DNA of 64,000 nucleotides from Plasmodiophora brassicae (Eukaryota): NCBI GenBank assembly GCA_036867785.1, contig CP145409.1, positions 744,001 to 808,000 of the forward strand, read 5' to 3'. Shown piece by piece: positions 59,710 to 64,000 of this stretch (position 1 is its first letter; each line of letters starts with the position of its first letter). The notes under the pieces were generated by a model. It saw only the letters and a program-made list of their open reading frames with translations, ran no database searches and was not told where the DNA came from. The position numbers and the translations under genes were made by a program.

Positions 59710-61563
59710 TTACTCGACGGTGACTGTGACACGATGCCAGGCGTTGCAGAGGACACCGCGCAGGTTGTAGATGGGCTCGAACTGTTCGGGCTGGACGTTG
59801 TAGGATCTGTCGACGGCTTTGCAAACGAGCTGTACCGGCCCTTGTACTCCCGGCGGTACGGGAAGGTCCACTGTCCACCGTCGTGCTGCCCAGTGTCGGC
59901 CCTCTGGTTGATCAGTGGGGCTCAGGTCTGCTGTTGTCCAGGTCTTTCCACCGTCACCGGAAACATCGACCCGGATAATCTCCCGGCCCCCGCCTGAGAA
60001 CGCATAGCCCTTAACGGTCACTGGTGCCTGACCGGTGATTCTGTCGCCCTCGGACGGCGAGCAAATCGCAGAGATGACGGGAAGCTCTTGAATGGACTGC
60101 GACGACTTGTAGTCTATGTGGTCCCAGTCGGTAGACGGATTGAAGCCCTTGTAGTCTGCCTGTTGCCAGTGGCTCTCCGATTCGCGCGGGGCCAGACGTA
60201 CAGCGGACAGCCACTTGACGTTCCGTGCACCAACGGTACCAGGAACGACGACGCGCACAGGGAACCCGTTATCAGCGGGAATCGGTTCCCCATTCATTTC
60301 ATAGGCAAGCAGAACGTCGCCTCTCGGGTCGACGGCTTTCCCAATGGGTATGGAGCCGCCGTACACGTTGTCCATGTCACGATCATAACCCTAGGCGACA
60401 GATTAGAATGGAGGAACCCCGTCGAGCAGGATGTCCCAACATCGAATTGCACGTGGTAGACATCTTCAGAGGGCTGATAGCCGCAGGCATTCAGCACATC
60501 AATCAGACGGACCCCAGTCCAGACAGCAGTGCTGATTGCGCCATATCCCCAGGACAGTCCACGAACGGCTTTCACACTATTCATTGCAGAGCGGCCGTTA
60601 CCAGCACACTGAATCGATGCTCTGGGAGGAATCAGCCGCAAATCGTATGGCGGCGGGGCACCCCTACCGGATGGTGGTCTTTGGCAATGCTTTAAGCTCG
60701 TCAAGCGTGAGTATTCGCTCGTCGATACCGGGACCGGACACGTGAAGCTCGTACAGGTCCGGGTCGATGATAGGGACGGGCAGATGGTTCCGCACGAAGA
60801 AATCAGCTGCGGGTGTGACATCGTTCTCGGCAAGTGACCGCAGCGGCGCCTCCGCGTTGAAAGGCTTCTCGCTTCGAACAGTGAGATGCTTCTGCGATCG
60901 ATCTGGATCTGATATCGAGCGCATGCCAGTGAGATGCGGTTTCAAGACAGCGGCAGCGGCCTCGTACCCCACCTGTGCCATAAGGGTCCGACAGATTCGG
61001 TTCATTCGCACGCTCGTGCTCCGGGAGAACGCCGATCTGGAACTCGGAGAGAAGCGCGCGCGTCTCAGGCGTGTCATGGACGCGGTACATCGACCAGAAT
61101 GGCTCAATGCTTTTGCCCGCTGCCATCAGGATCTTTACGCCTCCCGGGTGCGACGGGACAAACTCGGTTACGTCGTACACGCCACCTGCGTGCATGTCAG
61201 CTTCTGGCATCACTTATCCCGACCCGCTGCCAACCCACCTTGAAATGTGACCCATATATCGCCTTCCTTGTTGTGTTGTGCAACTTCGGAACGAGGTATA
61301 ACACGACACGGGTTCCTGGGGGGTTCCCCATTTCCGTCCGGGATAGCGGGCGGTTTCTTCGAAACGCTAGCAGGCATACCGCTCCGATGATGAACCTCCG
61401 CTTTGGAATGGACGCCGGCGCTCTCAGATTGTGCCCGGTCGGTAATCGCGTAACCGAGAGCGCCGACGCCAGCGGCGAGACCGACCGCGGCAGCCAGCGG
61501 ATGCCATCGCTGCGAGGCCGCCGATGCGCATAGGAGAGCGGGCGTGCGGCACCTCGGCCACAT
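59710..61563 (-). CDS. SUOX: Sulfite oxidase (cytochrome b5 + Moco + dimerisation domains), transit-peptide-like N-terminus
   Basis: [92 protein letters not shown]. Confidence 0.96.
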
Positions 61564-61817
61564 CCGTCAGCCCAGTGTGCCCGTGGCAGGACAACCTACA
61601 ACTGGCTGCTGCTGACGAAGCGGTCACCACCGGCCCCCAGCCCAACTCCGCAAAGGCAACCACCACCCTCGAGCGGGTCGCTCTCGCTCGCTACTCGACG
61701 CACGCGCCCGCTGACCCGCCCACACATGTACTAGGTACAGGGTAGGGTAGGTACATGAGGAAAACGGGCAAGGCCCATGGCATATAACAGAAACGACAGG
61801 AAGACGTTCGACCCCGT

Positions 61818-63664
61818 TTACAGAATCGCTTTGGGAACCGCGCTGGACCCAAGGTCGACTTGCAGCGCTGAACCGATCAGCCACCTGTCGATGTGGGCGA
61901 TGATCGTTGAGCGCGCTGTGGTCAGGGCAGGGGCATCGTCGGGCGAAGGGGTGTGCAGGTCCACACAGTGACCGCACTGGGAGCAGTTGATGAGCAGGAC
62001 TGAAGAATCGCGCAGGTGGGCGGATGAGGAAAAGGCGGAAGCACCGGCCCATTGCCACGGGTCCTCAACGCCATTCGTGAACACCACGTTTGATACAGAC
62101 ATGTCTGTAGGCAGCGGTCAGGTCGGTTACACAGCAGGAGCACGATGCAACCACACACCGAACCCACTGTACTCAATTGATGCACGATGACACGGGGGAG
62201 GGAACGCGAGCACATCGCCGAATAACTTTTCGCAGCGGTCGCGATGCCATTCCATGTTGACCCGTTTAGAACGAATCGAATTCGTCCCTGGCGCGATCTG
62301 GAACCAACCGACCTGACAGTGATTTCGTTTCAGGTCACAAACGCTGGACGTGCGCTCATGGTTACCTCATTGCATTTCATCCACCTAAGGAGCACATAGT
62401 CATCAGACTGAATTCGAGACACCACAGCATATATTCGGAATTACCACCACTGCCGGCCGGACGAATCCGGTACCCATCGATGACTCGCCATAGTGTCGCT
62501 GTCGTAATCTCCAGGAGAATTGCTCATCGAAGCGTAGAACGTACCCTGAACGAACTCTACAAACGCTGCGAGCCGATCGTCCCTGGATTCCTAAACTGCC
62601 AATGAGAACTTACTTACTAGTATGGGCTCGGTGCTGTGTGGCAAACCGCTTGGACGATAGGGTCGCAGAGGGCTAATCGATGGCCGTACTGAATGGCTTC
62701 AGCCATAGCATCAGCAATGAGGTACAAGAAGTCGGCATCCGACAATTGCGAGCACGAAAACAGGGCCTTCATTTCGTCAGCCAAGCGCCCACCCTCTTGA
62801 AGTGCACCTTCCACCATTGCAGTGATCTTCGAGCACTGGCGTCAAATTCACATCGACACCACACGGCCATTTGTACACATTACGTCTTGCAGCGCGTGTG
62901 TGCACGCTGGACCAGCTGATGATGCCACTTGCTCGTCGAATTCAGGGAACTCTGCAAACGGGGCAACCACAGCGCTCGATGCCAGTGCGCCTGCTGTCAG
63001 ATGCGGGTACTTCAGGCGATACCTGACGATTCGAATTCAGAGTCTGACCATTGGGCAGAGAGCCGATGGACCGCAGACCATGCTGCCAGAGCGCCGGGGT
63101 ATGATCCCCCGATTGTAATCCACTTGTTTGCATTCGCCCTGCCGATGTGCACGCGCTGGTACCAATCCGTGAAACAGGCGATGTCGCTCAAGGCTTGAAA
63201 GGTTGTCAGATAGGTGAGGTTACGAGGCGACAGGACGGAAAACGGGGACCTAGTTCGTCGTGATTCAGGTCATAACCTCCAGGCAAAACCATGCAGCTGT
63301 GGGTACGATTTGCCAAAGTATCGATGTTCGAGCACGAGGACGAGAGCGCCATAGCGTTCCGCGAGAGCTGATGGGAACTGGCGGCCATCCGTTACACCTG
63401 CACAGGTATATTCGCCGCAAAGCTGACGAACAGATCAGACAGCAGCCATCACCGCGGGACCCATCGGCAAACCTGAAGAATGACCGGGCCATCGGGTCCA
63501 CTCCAGAACTGATCGATGCGGAAGTACCTCTGCAAGAAACGAGCGCCGCCACCACCGATTGCAGTGTGGTCTACCAGCTGGTCCGGGAACACGTGCTCAG
63601 TCTGGACGTACGCGTGCCCCTGCCATGCCAGATAGGCGATCGCCCACAGCGCAATCCGCATCAT
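61818..63664 (-). CDS. Secreted serine carboxypeptidase, family S28
   Basis: Signal peptide; QLVDH..FLQRYF, LEHRYFG, IGGSYPGALAAW|YRLKYPHL..GALASSA, FTNGVEDPW, HCVDL. Confidence 0.95.
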
Positions 63665-64000
63665 CACCAATGTACTCCTACTACCCAACATGCGGTCGCA
63701 GGGTGCGGGCGGCGGCGGCACCGATTCGGACACACGGTGGCACTGGGTGCGGGACGCCGCAGAAGCAGGCACCGCGCAAGCCACCAAAGTGGGTGTGCCG
63801 TGTGTGCCGTCTGCCAACGCGCTGAACCGTCAAAAGCCCAATTTCACAACGGGGTGTGGGTCGGGAGCGGCCTTTCTGTCAGACGTATTTTTGGTCGTGG
63901 GTCGCTGACGGTCGTCAAGCGACGTGACGGCAGAGATGTCGAGCGCGGCGGCGTGTGTGCTGCTCCTGCTATGTGCTTCGGCGACGTTGACGTCGTCGTT

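Noticed and set aside
1-64000. tRNA, rRNA, snRNA genes and Fanzor/TnpB or reverse transcriptase ORFs
   Set aside because: No recognisable signatures by eye; tRNAscan-SE, Infernal and HMM searches would be needed to exclude them.

Overview
Gene-dense, GC-rich eukaryotic DNA with many short (about 50-65 nt) GT-AG introns, so the ORF track shows only fragments of each gene. Several ciliary genes (CFAP99-, STPG/ODF3-, NPHP1-, CFAP73-, CCP5-like) indicate a flagellated protist. The compact architecture is consistent with a phytomyxid such as Plasmodiophora, but that is an inference only. About 25 protein-coding genes can be supported, including NAA10, SF3B3, kinesin-14, RPL34, RPLP2, MOB1, G-protein beta, an MscS channel, eIF2A, an ABCC transporter, sulfite oxidase and an S28 peptidase. 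There is also decayed mobile DNA: a Helitron helicase scrap with a 21-bp array between 133-bp direct repeats, and a Dada-like transposase relic. Most notable: (1) a Parkin-like RING0-RING1-IBR-RING2 ligase in an apparently non-animal genome; (2) a 24-bp motif shared by the promoters of the two ribosomal protein genes; (3) a 4-nt microexon in MOB1; (4) four short-spacer fold-back inverted duplications, three of them clustered in or next to the dead transposase; (5) unusual domain combinations (EF-hand/NPHP1, tandem Zn2Cys6/PAS, F-box/clathrin-linker). All family assignments come from recalled motifs, not database searches. Gene spans include introns and several start codons are approximate.
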